Both the position numbers and the translations under genes were made by a program. The notes beneath the pieces were generated by a model, which saw only the letters and a list, made by a program, of their open reading frames with translations, searched no databases and was not told the origin of the DNA. Shown here one piece after another: positions 55,349-64,000 of a stretch of 64,000 bases of DNA (the stretch's first letter is position 1; each line of letters starts with the position of its first letter). The stretch spans positions 8,727 to 72,726 of the forward strand of contig CAYVOQ010000002.1 of the NCBI GenBank assembly GCA_964453595.1, in the 5' to 3' direction. Source of the DNA: an uncultured Methylobacillus sp. (GTDB lineage: Bacteria; Pseudomonadota; Gammaproteobacteria; Burkholderiales; Methylophilaceae).

Positions 55349-57887
55349 TATTATTTTCTTGCAAGTATTTATATTCTGGAATTCTCAAGATTTGTGACAA
55401 ATTACAAAATATAAAGTCTTCTTCATTATTAAAATTTAAATCAGCATATCCATTGCTATAAAAATTAATTTTCTCTTTAATATCTATCGCCCATTTTTCT
55501 TTAAGTTCATTTAGTTTAAAAGGAGATTTCACATATTTTATATTTTCTGATGATTTACTTTCTTGATCAGAAAAATAATAGTTAATTTGCATAAATTTAT
55601 TATTTATTGAGAAAAATCCAAATCCAGTATCTTTGTTTAGTTTTGTAAAGAGCAGATATATTGGAATCTGATGACTTTGTATAGTTTCACTAAGCCATTG
55701 ATTTTTTGCAGGGATGTTGCTTCCAGATTTGTAATCAATTATGAGTGATAAATCATCAGTTTCATCGATCCTGTCTATTCTATATTCAAAAGAAATTCCT
55801 TCTATTTCTGCATTTTGCTTGTATTCTAAATTTTTGTTTACAAAGCTCTCTCTTTCTAATTCAATTTCTAAAAATCCAAGAATAATTGAAATAAAATTAT
55901 TACTTTCAATTTGTTTTAATGATTGATGGATTTTTTGACAATACAGATTTGAATCGAGAACATTAGCTACTTTTGTTTTAACAAAATTTACAAGGCTTCC
56001 ATTATTTTTTTTATCTTGAAGTGTTTTCTGATCTTTTAACTCTTCCCAAATTTTTTGCATTGACTCATGAATAACAATTCCTCTCGTTCTTGAGTTAAAT
56101 TTTTCTTGCTTGAGAGATTCAATTGGCTTACAACCAAGTCTTGATTCATAAAAAGTCCACAATGGTGAAATTGTATAGGTATTAAGCAAATTGATAATAT
56201 TTTTTACTTTGTAGGGTTTATTTATTTTTGGCGCTTTGTTGTCGTTTATGTATCTAATACTACTGTCTAAAATAGTTGTAATTAATTCTGGCGATATATA
56301 TTTTTTAGTACAATTTTTAATAAATGCAGAGGGAGTATTTTCAACTTCTAAATTAAATTTTGAATAACTTAGGTATAGTGATTTACACATATTCTTATTA
56401 CGATTAAAAATTTGTTTGATAATTTGCTCTGTATTTTTTAACTGATTAATTTCATTTATAAATTTTGCTGGTACAAAAGGGTTGTAATTTTTTTCTATTT
56501 CTAATAACTCATCTGTGAGATTTGTTGCGTATATATAATCATAACTATCAATAATTTCGTCGAATAAGCCATAAATATCTATTCTTTTATTATTTGTCAC
56601 TAAAGATGGTTCTGTGGTGATTCTTATTTGCTCTTTAAGAATGTACAAAAAATCAGAAAAACTTATTTTATTGTTACTAATTTTTAAATTTATTAATTCA
56701 TTTAGAATATTGTAGAAAGCCTTGATATGGTTAATTTCATTAACATTTTTATTTTGAAATTTAAAAAAATTATAATTAATGAAATTCATAAAAGAGCTAC
56801 ATCTACCAGCTAGATCATTACCCACTTTTTTGATTTCTAATTCAAAAATTAAGCTTTCAAGATGTTCTTTATCTTCTATGTCGTGATTTTTATTAAAAAA
56901 TGTAAATAGTTTTTTAAATTCTATGAAATTAATTTTTTTTACTCCATCAATAAATAGATAGTCAAAGAATTTATTAATTTCGATAAATTTTTCTAGCTGT
57001 AAGATTTGTTTAAAAGATTTTTTTAATAAAAATATATCAACAGGAATATTATTCAAAAAACTAAATAAGTTAATTAGATTTTGTATTACATAGCTATGAC
57101 TTAATGACTTTTTTACACTACTGTTAACAATAATAGATTCTGTTATTTTTTGTTTTTTTAACAACACAGGATCGGAAAAGTACATAGTCAATTGATCAAT
57201 ATATTTATCGAGATTAGGCACTATAATTGCACATTTTTTATTTTCAGAGATGTGTTTGATGCACTCAGTTGAAACTTGAAGCATTTCGTATTCAGTTTCT
57301 TCAAAAATATTAACTTCTGTACCTCTAAAAATTTCATCTTTATTTTCTGCTATGTTTAATGAATTGTTGATTGAAGACAGAAACTCTTCGATTAATTTAT
57401 TTTTTTTTAAAAAACCAACTGCAATAAACTCTTCATCATTTTTATCTATAACTTTAGTGAAAATATTCAAAGATTCAGTTATTGTAAGTAGATTATGCTC
57501 TTTTAGATTCTCTAAATATTGTAGATATATCTTCCTAAAAAATAAGGTCTCTCTTGATAGAAACCATTCTTTATTGTTTATATTTAATTTTTCATTTTCA
57601 ATAATTTTTATGGCATCAATGAAAAGATCTGTTATGGCGTTAATATTGTAAAGTTCAAAATCATGCTCTGTTTTAAGACTTTTTTCGATCAATTTTTTAA
57701 TTAATACTTTCTCTTCAATGGGCTGTACTGTCTTATAATCTTCATTATTTTTGTAATTATTTAGTGTAAGTTTTTGGCTAATAAAATGCTTGAAAGTTAA
57801 AATTTTCTGTATAGGCGTATTTTTTGATCTTATATAATTTTCAAGATGAAATTGATTTTGACAAATTGTGATTTTATTTTTTTCCAC
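55338..57887 (-). CDS. AddB-like PD-(D/E)XK nuclease family protein (putative DNA repair partner of the adjacent helicase-nuclease)
   Basis: 849 aa. The C-terminal RecB-type nuclease motif is YRIDRIDE...LIIDYKSG...QIPIY. I see no Walker A. The size and the pairing with an AddA-like gene (11-nt overlap) fit the AddB-related 'probable DNA repair protein' family of beta/gammaproteobacteria. GTG start assumed. Confidence 0.55.
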   Translation of the reverse strand: MEKNKITICQNQFHLENYIRSKNTPIQKILTFKHFISQKLTLNNYKNNEDYKTVQPIEEKVLIKKLIEKSLKTEHDFELYNINAITDLFIDAIKIIENEKLNINNKEWFLSRETLFFRKIYLQYLENLKEHNLLTITESLNIFTKVIDKNDEEFIAVGFLKKNKLIEEFLSSINNSLNIAENKDEIFRGTEVNIFEETEYEMLQVSTECIKHISENKKCAIIVPNLDKYIDQLTMYFSDPVLLKKQKITESIIVNSSVKKSLSHSYVIQNLINLFSFLNNIPVDIFLLKKSFKQILQLEKFIEINKFFDYLFIDGVKKINFIEFKKLFTFFNKNHDIEDKEHLESLIFELEIKKVGNDLAGRCSSFMNFINYNFFKFQNKNVNEINHIKAFYNILNELINLKISNNKISFSDFLYILKEQIRITTEPSLVTNNKRIDIYGLFDEIIDSYDYIYATNLTDELLEIEKNYNPFVPAKFINEINQLKNTEQIIKQIFNRNKNMCKSLYLSYSKFNLEVENTPSAFIKNCTKKYISPELITTILDSSIRYINDNKAPKINKPYKVKNIINLLNTYTISPLWTFYESRLGCKPIESLKQEKFNSRTRGIVIHESMQKIWEELKDQKTLQDKKNNGSLVNFVKTKVANVLDSNLYCQKIHQSLKQIESNNFISIILGFLEIELERESFVNKNLEYKQNAEIEGISFEYRIDRIDETDDLSLIIDYKSGSNIPAKNQWLSETIQSHQIPIYLLFTKLNKDTGFGFFSINNKFMQINYYFSDQESKSSENIKYVKSPFKLNELKEKWAIDIKEKINFYSNGYADLNFNNEEDFIFCNLSQILRIPEYKYLQENNNGR

Positions 57888-57913
57888 GGATAAATTTTAT
57901 AGTAAAAATTGAC

Positions 57914-58399
57914 ATGAGCGAGAAGAAAAGATCTTATCTAACTAAATCTGGTTTTAATAGCCTTAGGGATGAATTAAACCATCTCCTTAAGGTTGAGAGG
58001 CCGCAGGTTGTAAAAGATGTTTCATGGGCTGCTAGTAATGGTGATCGATCAGAAAATGGAGACTATATTTACGGTAAGAGAAGATTAAGGCAAATTGATT
58101 CGAGGGTTAAGTATTTACTCACAGAGCTGGAGGATTCAACAATAATTGACCCTAAGCAGCAAAGTAACTTAGATCATGTATATTTTGGGGCTACAGTAGT
58201 TTTGTTAAATATTATCGATGACATTGAGATTAAAATTCAAATTGTCGGCCAGCCTGAAATTGATACATCGAAAGGTAAAATTAGTTGGCAATCCCCGCTT
58301 TCAAAAGCAATTTTGGGTAAAAGTATTGGAGATACAGTGCGGATTGATACCCCATCGGGCTTTTCTGATTATGAAATATTAGATATAGCTTATGAATAA
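57914..58399 (+). CDS. greB: transcription elongation factor GreB
   Basis: 161 aa. YLTKSGFNSLRDEL...GDRSENGDYIYGKRRLRQIDSRVKYL is GreB-like rather than GreA-like. Confidence 0.85.
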   Translation: MSEKKRSYLTKSGFNSLRDELNHLLKVERPQVVKDVSWAASNGDRSENGDYIYGKRRLRQIDSRVKYLLTELEDSTIIDPKQQSNLDHVYFGATVVLLNIIDDIEIKIQIVGQPEIDTSKGKISWQSPLSKAILGKSIGDTVRIDTPSGFSDYEILDIAYE

Positions 58400-59384
58400 A
58401 CCTTTAGTAGATATTTTTAGTAGGAAAATTGATAATTATGGAGATTTGTCAATTCCATTACGTTTAGCATTATTTCTAAGTAAGTATGTAAAAGTAAGAC
58501 TTTTCTTAAGTTTTGACTTTACAACTAAAAAGATTATTTCATTAAATAAATTTCAAAAAAATGTTAGTTTTTTTGATATCAATAGGACAAATAATATTGA
58601 ATTTCCCTCTAAAAATATTATTTCAATTTTTAATACCTTAATTCCTGATCAATATTTAAAAAAAATTCAAGATAAATCTACGATTCTAATTAATTATGAT
58701 TATTTTTCTGCTGAGGAATGGACAAATGAATATCATTTGATGGAATCACCTATCGATCAGAGGTATAAGAAAATATATTTTTATCCAGGTTTTGGTTTTA
58801 ATCGAGGTTTTTTATATGAAGATAAATACAAAATAAGCACGATAAATAATAAGTCTAGTGAAAAATTAAGAATAAATTTTTTCTCATATTTTAAAAAAAA
58901 TTTTAATTATGGATTGCGAGAGCTAGATAGTTTAGATGTGAAAATTAGTTGTTTTTTTTATGATTATAAAAGCAATTATTTACCTAGGACACAAAACTTA
59001 GAATTCAAAAAAAAGCATTTTGTTTCTTTTAGTCAGTTTGATGCTGATCTTCAACAAGCAGATATTAATTTTATTAGAGGGGAGGATAGCCTTGTAAGAG
59101 CAATTCTCGCCGGTCAAATTTTTATTTGGCAGCCTTATACTCAAGATCAAAATATACATTTAATAAAGTTGTCTCATTTTTTAAAAATATTTTTTTTAAA
59201 TGAATTGCCTTATCAGTTAAGAAAGATTTTTTTTAACTGGTCAGAAAAATTTTATTTAACCTCTAATGAATGGAATTATCTGATCAAGAATCTTAATATG
59301 CTTAGGGTAATTTATCTTAATGCTAGGAACAGATTTCTTTTAAATGGCTCACTAGTAGATAAAATTGTTAAGTATTTTTATTAA
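58392..59384 (+). CDS. earP: EF-P arginine-32 rhamnosyltransferase EarP
   Basis: 330 aa. The N-terminal DIFSRKIDNYGDLSI parallels the EarP (C)DIFC.V.DNYGDIGV motif. FIRGEDSLVRAILAGQIFIWQPYTQD parallels RGEDS.VRA...G.PF.WQ.Y.Q. Directly upstream of an Arg32-type efp. Confidence 0.8.
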   Translation: MNKPLVDIFSRKIDNYGDLSIPLRLALFLSKYVKVRLFLSFDFTTKKIISLNKFQKNVSFFDINRTNNIEFPSKNIISIFNTLIPDQYLKKIQDKSTILINYDYFSAEEWTNEYHLMESPIDQRYKKIYFYPGFGFNRGFLYEDKYKISTINNKSSEKLRINFFSYFKKNFNYGLRELDSLDVKISCFFYDYKSNYLPRTQNLEFKKKHFVSFSQFDADLQQADINFIRGEDSLVRAILAGQIFIWQPYTQDQNIHLIKLSHFLKIFFLNELPYQLRKIFFNWSEKFYLTSNEWNYLIKNLNMLRVIYLNARNRFLLNGSLVDKIVKYFY

Positions 59385-59428
59385 TATTTAGTATAATTTC
59401 TTTTTTTAATTTTTAGGCATTGATAAAT

Positions 59429-59989
59429 ATGAAAACAGCTCAGGAAATTAGAGTAGGTAATGTGATTATGGTAGAGGGTAACCCCATGGTTGTCTTGAAA
59501 GCCGAGTTTAATAAGTCAGGTAGAAATTCTGCTGTAGTTAAAATGAAAATGAAAAATCTACTCACGGAATCCGCTTCTGAAACAGTTTTTAACGCATCAG
59601 ATAAATTTGATATAGTAGTTTTAGAGAAAAAAGAAGTAACCTATTCTTATTTTGCTGATCCAATGTACGTTTTTGTTGATCAAGAATACAATCAATATGA
59701 AGTTGATGCTGAAAGTATGGATGATGCACTTAAGTTTTTAGAGGATTCCATGCCTTGTGACGTCGTTTTTTATGAAGGTAAGGCAATATCTGTTGAGTTA
59801 CCTAATTCAGTAAATCGTCAAATAAGTTATACAGAGCCAGCTGTTAAAGGTGACACTACCTCTGGGAAAGTTATGAAGCCAGCAAAAATTTCAACTGGTT
59901 TTGAGTTAATGGTGCCGTTATTTTGTGAAACTGGAGATGTTATTGAGATTGATACTCGCACATTAGAGTATAAGAACAGGGTGCTCTAA
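59429..59989 (+). CDS. efp: elongation factor P (Arg32 type)
   Basis: 186 aa from ATG 59429 ([11 protein letters not shown]...). The loop KSGRNSA places Arg at residue 32. The ORF-track TTG at 59420 adds 3 residues that do not fit the conserved EF-P N-terminus. Confidence 0.95.
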   Translation: MKTAQEIRVGNVIMVEGNPMVVLKAEFNKSGRNSAVVKMKMKNLLTESASETVFNASDKFDIVVLEKKEVTYSYFADPMYVFVDQEYNQYEVDAESMDDALKFLEDSMPCDVVFYEGKAISVELPNSVNRQISYTEPAVKGDTTSGKVMKPAKISTGFELMVPLFCETGDVIEIDTRTLEYKNRVL

Positions 59990-61425
59990 GCGGCCCCGCC
60001 TACCACTATTTGGTCAATCTTTAATGTAGGTTGACCAACCCCAACGGGAACACTTTGACCATCTTTTCCGCAAGTTCCAACTCCAGAATCAAGAGAGGTA
60101 TCATTGCCTAGCATAGATACTTTTTTTAATATATCTGGACCATTTCCAACGATCGATGAGCCCTTAACTGGTTTGGTAATTTTTCCATTTTCAATTAAAA
60201 ATGCCTGAGAAGCTGAAAATACAAATTTACCGCTAACAATGTCGACCTGACCACCTCCAAAATTTGTTGCATATAAACCTTTTTTTACAGATTTAATAAT
60301 TTCAGCAGGCTCATATTTGCCATTAATCATCATGGTATTAGTCATCCTTGGCAATGGAGGGTAAGCGTATGACTCGCGCCTACCATTTCCTGTAGGTTTA
60401 GTATTCATAAGTCGAGCATTTAAAGTATCTTGTAAGTATCCAGTTAAAATTCCATTTTCAATTAATGTTGTTTTTTGTGTCGGATTGCCTTCATCATCAA
60501 TATTTAAAGAACCGCGCTTATCCTTAATAGTACCGTCATCAATAACTGTTATATCTTTATGAGCGACTTGTTTGCCAATTAAATTAGAAAATGCTGAAGT
60601 TTTTTTTCTATTAAAATCTCCTTCCAGACCATGGCCAATTGCCTCATGCAGTAATATTCCAGGCCATCCAGGTCCAAGCACAACAGTCATTTCGCCTGCT
60701 GGGGAGTTAACAGCTTTAAGGTTGGTTATTGCTTGATCAACAGCCTCATGGGCATAATCGTTTAGAATATCATCTGTAAAATAATCTAAATCAAATCTGC
60801 CACCACCACCTGATGATCCGCTTTCTCGAACTTTATTCTCTTCGACAATGACGCTTAAGCTCAGTCTAACCAAAGGTCTTATGTCACTGGAGAATTCTAA
60901 GTTACTGTTTAAAATCAGGATGGCATCGAACTCTAATGCCAGTGAAGCGTTCACTTTCTTAATCCTAGGATCAATCTTTCTTGTTAAGGTATCCAATCTT
61001 TTTAAAAGATTTATTTTCTTATTATTGTCATTATTGATAGGATCAATAGGCTGATATAAGGATTTAATTACTTTATTTTGCGGGGGAATAAAGGAAGTTT
61101 TTTCAGTTTGATTTTTTATTGTTTGGACCGATATAGCAATATTTTTTAATGTCTCTAGATTTATTTCGTCGGTGTATGCAAACGCAGTTTTTTCTTTTGA
61201 ATTTACTCTTAATCCGGCACCATTGTCTATATTAAAGGTTGCATTTTTAACCTCACCATCTTCAATTGAAAAATATTCATTTTTAGAGTATTGAAAGTAT
61301 AAATCTGCATAATCGAAATGATTGCTTAAGGAGGACTTAAATATTCTCTCAATATCATTTTCATTAATTTGATTTGAGGAAAATATTAAATCCTCAATGA
61401 ACGGTTTGTGGTTTTTCTGAATCAT
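59986..61425 (-). CDS. tldD: metalloprotease TldD
   Basis: 479 aa with the HEAIGHGLE zinc motif and a C-terminal GGA. yhdP-tldD synteny. Confidence 0.92.
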   Translation of the reverse strand: MIQKNHKPFIEDLIFSSNQINENDIERIFKSSLSNHFDYADLYFQYSKNEYFSIEDGEVKNATFNIDNGAGLRVNSKEKTAFAYTDEINLETLKNIAISVQTIKNQTEKTSFIPPQNKVIKSLYQPIDPINNDNNKKINLLKRLDTLTRKIDPRIKKVNASLALEFDAILILNSNLEFSSDIRPLVRLSLSVIVEENKVRESGSSGGGGRFDLDYFTDDILNDYAHEAVDQAITNLKAVNSPAGEMTVVLGPGWPGILLHEAIGHGLEGDFNRKKTSAFSNLIGKQVAHKDITVIDDGTIKDKRGSLNIDDEGNPTQKTTLIENGILTGYLQDTLNARLMNTKPTGNGRRESYAYPPLPRMTNTMMINGKYEPAEIIKSVKKGLYATNFGGGQVDIVSGKFVFSASQAFLIENGKITKPVKGSSIVGNGPDILKKVSMLGNDTSLDSGVGTCGKDGQSVPVGVGQPTLKIDQIVVGGAA

Positions 61426-64000
61426 CTTGTTTAAAAATATTTAATTTATCTAAAATGCTTTTTGATGGCTTAATAATTTCTTCAACCTGTTCCTTGCTGT
61501 TGTCTTTAATTTCCTCAAGCCTGGGTTTGTCAATTTCAATAGGTTCATCCCAGGTTCCGATTATTTGATATTCATCGGTTAGGATTTTATTTAAAGGATC
61601 TTTAAGAACCTTTTGCGCAATAAATGCAGCTGCGCCAACAAGCGGTCCTCCTGCAAGTGCAGCCAAAGAAAGTGAATCGCTTACAAATGGCTTAACGGAA
61701 ACATGTAAATTTTGCGTTTCCGCAACAATATCAACTTGCCCGTCGATTTTAACTTCAGCTGCTGGTCCAATCATTTTAAAGTTGTTTGATTTTAAAACTC
61801 CAGAATCAATTCTCACCCCAGCATTAATCGAATCAAAAATAAATCCTTTGGAAAATAAATCACTAAAATCTAGAGATAATCTTTTAGGAAGATTTTGCAG
61901 TGTCAAGAGTCCAAATAAACGCCCAACTCCAGGTTCAGCTTCAAGAATTTGACCATTTCTTGCATCTACGGAAAAATTACCACTAATTATATTTTTGTCG
62001 AATGAGAAGGGTGAGCCGTCCCATGAAATTAGACCATTAACATTAGCTGTCCCATCTTTTACTAAATTTGGGTATCCAAATAAATCAAATGTTCTTCGGA
62101 GTTTATTTACTTCCCAATTAAAATTCATATCAGACACAGTGGTTTGATTTTTATTTTTCCAATGAATATCTGCTTTAATTTGATGCCAAGGATGCGTAAG
62201 CTTAAAATCTTTCAATATCAGTTCATCTGTATGATTTTCAGTTATAAATTCTACTGAGCCTTGATTTTGATCTTTATAGATTAATTCATCACATTTAAAG
62301 TCAATTTTTGGAAAATTTGTAAAATTTACTTTTTCTATTTTGCTTGAGGTGTCTCCTAAAGTGTTTTCGGGCTGAATAATAACTTTGTTAAAACGCGCTG
62401 TAATGATATTTTCTTTTGCATTCCAAAGAGCATTTCCTTTGACTTCATTAGAGTACATAGATATTTTAGATCCATTATTAGTTGGATTGATGATAGTTTC
62501 CAGTCTGTTTAATTTATAGCCATTAAGATTGAGTTGATTAAAGTTAATCTTTGCTTGCGTAATTGGATTTTCATTTTTTTCTCCGGTTTTGGGAGAGAGT
62601 AGGGAGGAAAAATCCGTGTAATTAATATTATTGAAATTAGCAAAAACAAAAAGCCCTTTTCTTTTTTCAAATTTTTCATTAGTGAGAATATTGATTTGCC
62701 CATTAACTTTGTTATTTTTATCAAAACGTAGTTTTGCATTAATGTCATTTCCAAGAGTAAAGGCTAATAAGTCATTCCCATGTTTGCCAGGTTTTTTAGT
62801 GAGTTGAAAATTTTTGCTTTCATTACTCTTTTTAACAAATGGTTCCGGGCCATTAATCTCAAGACCAACAAGATTTGAAGTTAATTCTAAGGAAGTGCTA
62901 CTTTCATCGAGCGTAGCTATACCTTCCCATGGGCTTGAGCCACTGACTTTATCAGCCCAAGATAAACCAAAATTTTTAATAAAGAAATTTTTATCAATAC
63001 TGCCCTTCATATTGAGGCTTGTTTTTTCATTTGAATTTAATAGTGAAAATTTTAAAGGCATATCATATGTTGAGGCATAGCCATCTTTAATAAAAAAGCT
63101 ATCATTATCAAAATTAGCCTTAGCATTAATTTTGGAGAATTTTGGCAAGCCTTTAGCCGTATTTTCAAGAGTTGCGTTGTTGAAAGTATATGAGCCCTTG
63201 AATTTCATGGCATCGATATCTGCCATAGGTATAAAAAGATTTAAGTCTAAGGCCCCATCACCATCAGCTACCATTTGGTCTAGAAATCCTTTTGCAGCAT
63301 CTTTAACAGGACTATTTTTTACAAAATGAATCATCTTATGCGCTGGACTATCAAATGCAGCTTTAATTTTTAGCATGGGTTTTTTTGTATTAAATGGCTT
63401 TATTTCACCGTAAAAATCTTTAATTTGGTTATCTGCGACATGTCCAGACTGACTTTTAATATAGACCCCATTATTTTTTACTTCTAAATTAAATGAAAAT
63501 TTATCAAGCTCAGGCCAGCCTAATCCATATTCGATAAAGCTATTATTAATGTCTGCAGAGACTTCAAACTGCCCCTTACTAGTGTCAGGTTCATTTTTGT
63601 CATTGACAAAAGGAAATGCATGAATAGGGCCGTTGAAATTAACCGCTAAATTATTAATTTGACCTGCTAATAATGAAGTATCAAGCCAATGTAAAGTTTC
63701 TTCACCGTATTGTTTGAAATAATATTTTTTTAAGCTTGGTATATTAATAAGATTTGAATTTGCTTTTAATGATAATTCTGGATTTTTGCTTAAATAATTC
63801 TTATAAGTTGAATTAATTTTTAGATCTAAATCGTTGTTTTTAAATATAAAATTGTTTAAAATAATTTTGTTTTTATCCCAATTAATATTTCCATTAATCT
63901 CCGAGAAATCTATTGTATTTCTTAAATAATGGTCTGCAATTATTGAAGTATTGCTTGATTTTACATTAATTGAACCTGAAGTATTTTTAATCGCGATATC
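61394..64000 (-). CDS. yhdP: YhdP/AsmA-like large periplasm-spanning protein, C-terminal part (5' end beyond the window)
   Basis: The ORF-track Met at 63376 is internal. I translated the same minus frame codon by codon from 63377 to 64000 and found no stop, so at least 868 codons are present. Composition is beta-rich. The C-terminal GPLVGAAAFIAQKVL...YQIIGTWDEP resembles YhdP/AsmA-family ends. Position directly upstream of tldD, as in E. coli. Confidence 0.7.
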   Translation of the reverse strand, partial: DIAIKNTSGSINVKSSNTSIIADHYLRNTIDFSEINGNINWDKNKIILNNFIFKNNDLDLKINSTYKNYLSKNPELSLKANSNLINIPSLKKYYFKQYGEETLHWLDTSLLAGQINNLAVNFNGPIHAFPFVNDKNEPDTSKGQFEVSADINNSFIEYGLGWPELDKFSFNLEVKNNGVYIKSQSGHVADNQIKDFYGEIKPFNTKKPMLKIKAAFDSPAHKMIHFVKNSPVKDAAKGFLDQMVADGDGALDLNLFIPMADIDAMKFKGSYTFNNATLENTAKGLPKFSKINAKANFDNDSFFIKDGYASTYDMPLKFSLLNSNEKTSLNMKGSIDKNFFIKNFGLSWADKVSGSSPWEGIATLDESSTSLELTSNLVGLEINGPEPFVKKSNESKNFQLTKKPGKHGNDLLAFTLGNDINAKLRFDKNNKVNGQINILTNEKFEKRKGLFVFANFNNINYTDFSSLLSPKTGEKNENPITQAKINFNQLNLNGYKLNRLETIINPTNNGSKISMYSNEVKGNALWNAKENIITARFNKVIIQPENTLGDTSSKIEKVNFTNFPKIDFKCDELIYKDQNQGSVEFITENHTDELILKDFKLTHPWHQIKADIHWKNKNQTTVSDMNFNWEVNKLRRTFDLFGYPNLVKDGTANVNGLISWDGSPFSFDKNIISGNFSVDARNGQILEAEPGVGRLFGLLTLQNLPKRLSLDFSDLFSKGFIFDSINAGVRIDSGVLKSNNFKMIGPAAEVKIDGQVDIVAETQNLHVSVKPFVSDSLSLAALAGGPLVGAAAFIAQKVLKDPLNKILTDEYQIIGTWDEPIEIDKPRLEEIKDNSKEQVEEIIKPSKSILDKLNIFKQDDSEKPQTVH

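Noticed and set aside
52289-57887. The helicase-nuclease pair interpreted as an anti-phage defence system (a UvrD-like helicase plus PD-(D/E)XK nuclease, as in several defence families).
   Set aside because: The pair is embedded between mfd and greB with overlapping gene ends. There are no integrase, transposase, tRNA or repeat boundaries. The domain order and sizes match AddA/AddB-type repair enzymes. The low GC alone is not sufficient evidence for an island.
63376-63376. The Met at 63376 as the start of the YhdP-like gene.
   Set aside because: The minus frame stays open with no stop from 63377 to the window edge at 64000 (checked codon by codon). YhdP-family proteins are much longer than 660 aa. 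The Met is therefore internal.

Overview
This 64-kb window is an uninterrupted stretch of core chromosome from a very AT-rich, very compact Gram-negative genome. The gene order is beta- or gammaproteobacterial (pyrG-kdsA-eno-ftsB, tyrA-aroA-cmk-rpsA-ihfB-lapB-pyrF, ftsK-lolA-rarA-serS, yhdP-tldD); I cannot place it more precisely from sequence alone. I call 58 protein-coding genes, two of them cut by the window edges. By these calls only about 1.1 kb (under 2 percent) is non-coding. I found no rRNA, tRNA, CRISPR array, transposase, integrase or phage genes, and no obvious genomic island. Most genes are housekeeping: nucleotide, amino-acid, isoprenoid and fatty-acid biosynthesis, the oxidative pentose-phosphate genes zwf-gnd-pgl, translation factors and aminoacyl-tRNA synthetases, and DNA repair and segregation. 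The non-routine parts are: (1) a chain of translationally coupled genes encoding a divergent MoxR AAA+ ATPase, DUF58, two vWA proteins, a TPR protein and an unassigned membrane protein, running directly into ygfZ; (2) a very AT-rich AddAB-like helicase-nuclease pair; (3) a perfect 37-bp palindrome covering the ispD start codon just after amtB; (4) a Fur-box promoter in front of a TonB-dependent receptor; (5) an NtrC-like palindrome upstream of an amtB that has no glnK; (6) all 11 convergent gene pairs overlap or abut at their stop codons, leaving no room for terminators. I found no convincing evidence for a new defence or mobile system. The best candidates for under-described biology are the MoxR/vWA module and the AddAB-like pair. 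All homology statements come from recognising motifs by eye in the supplied translations, not from database searches.
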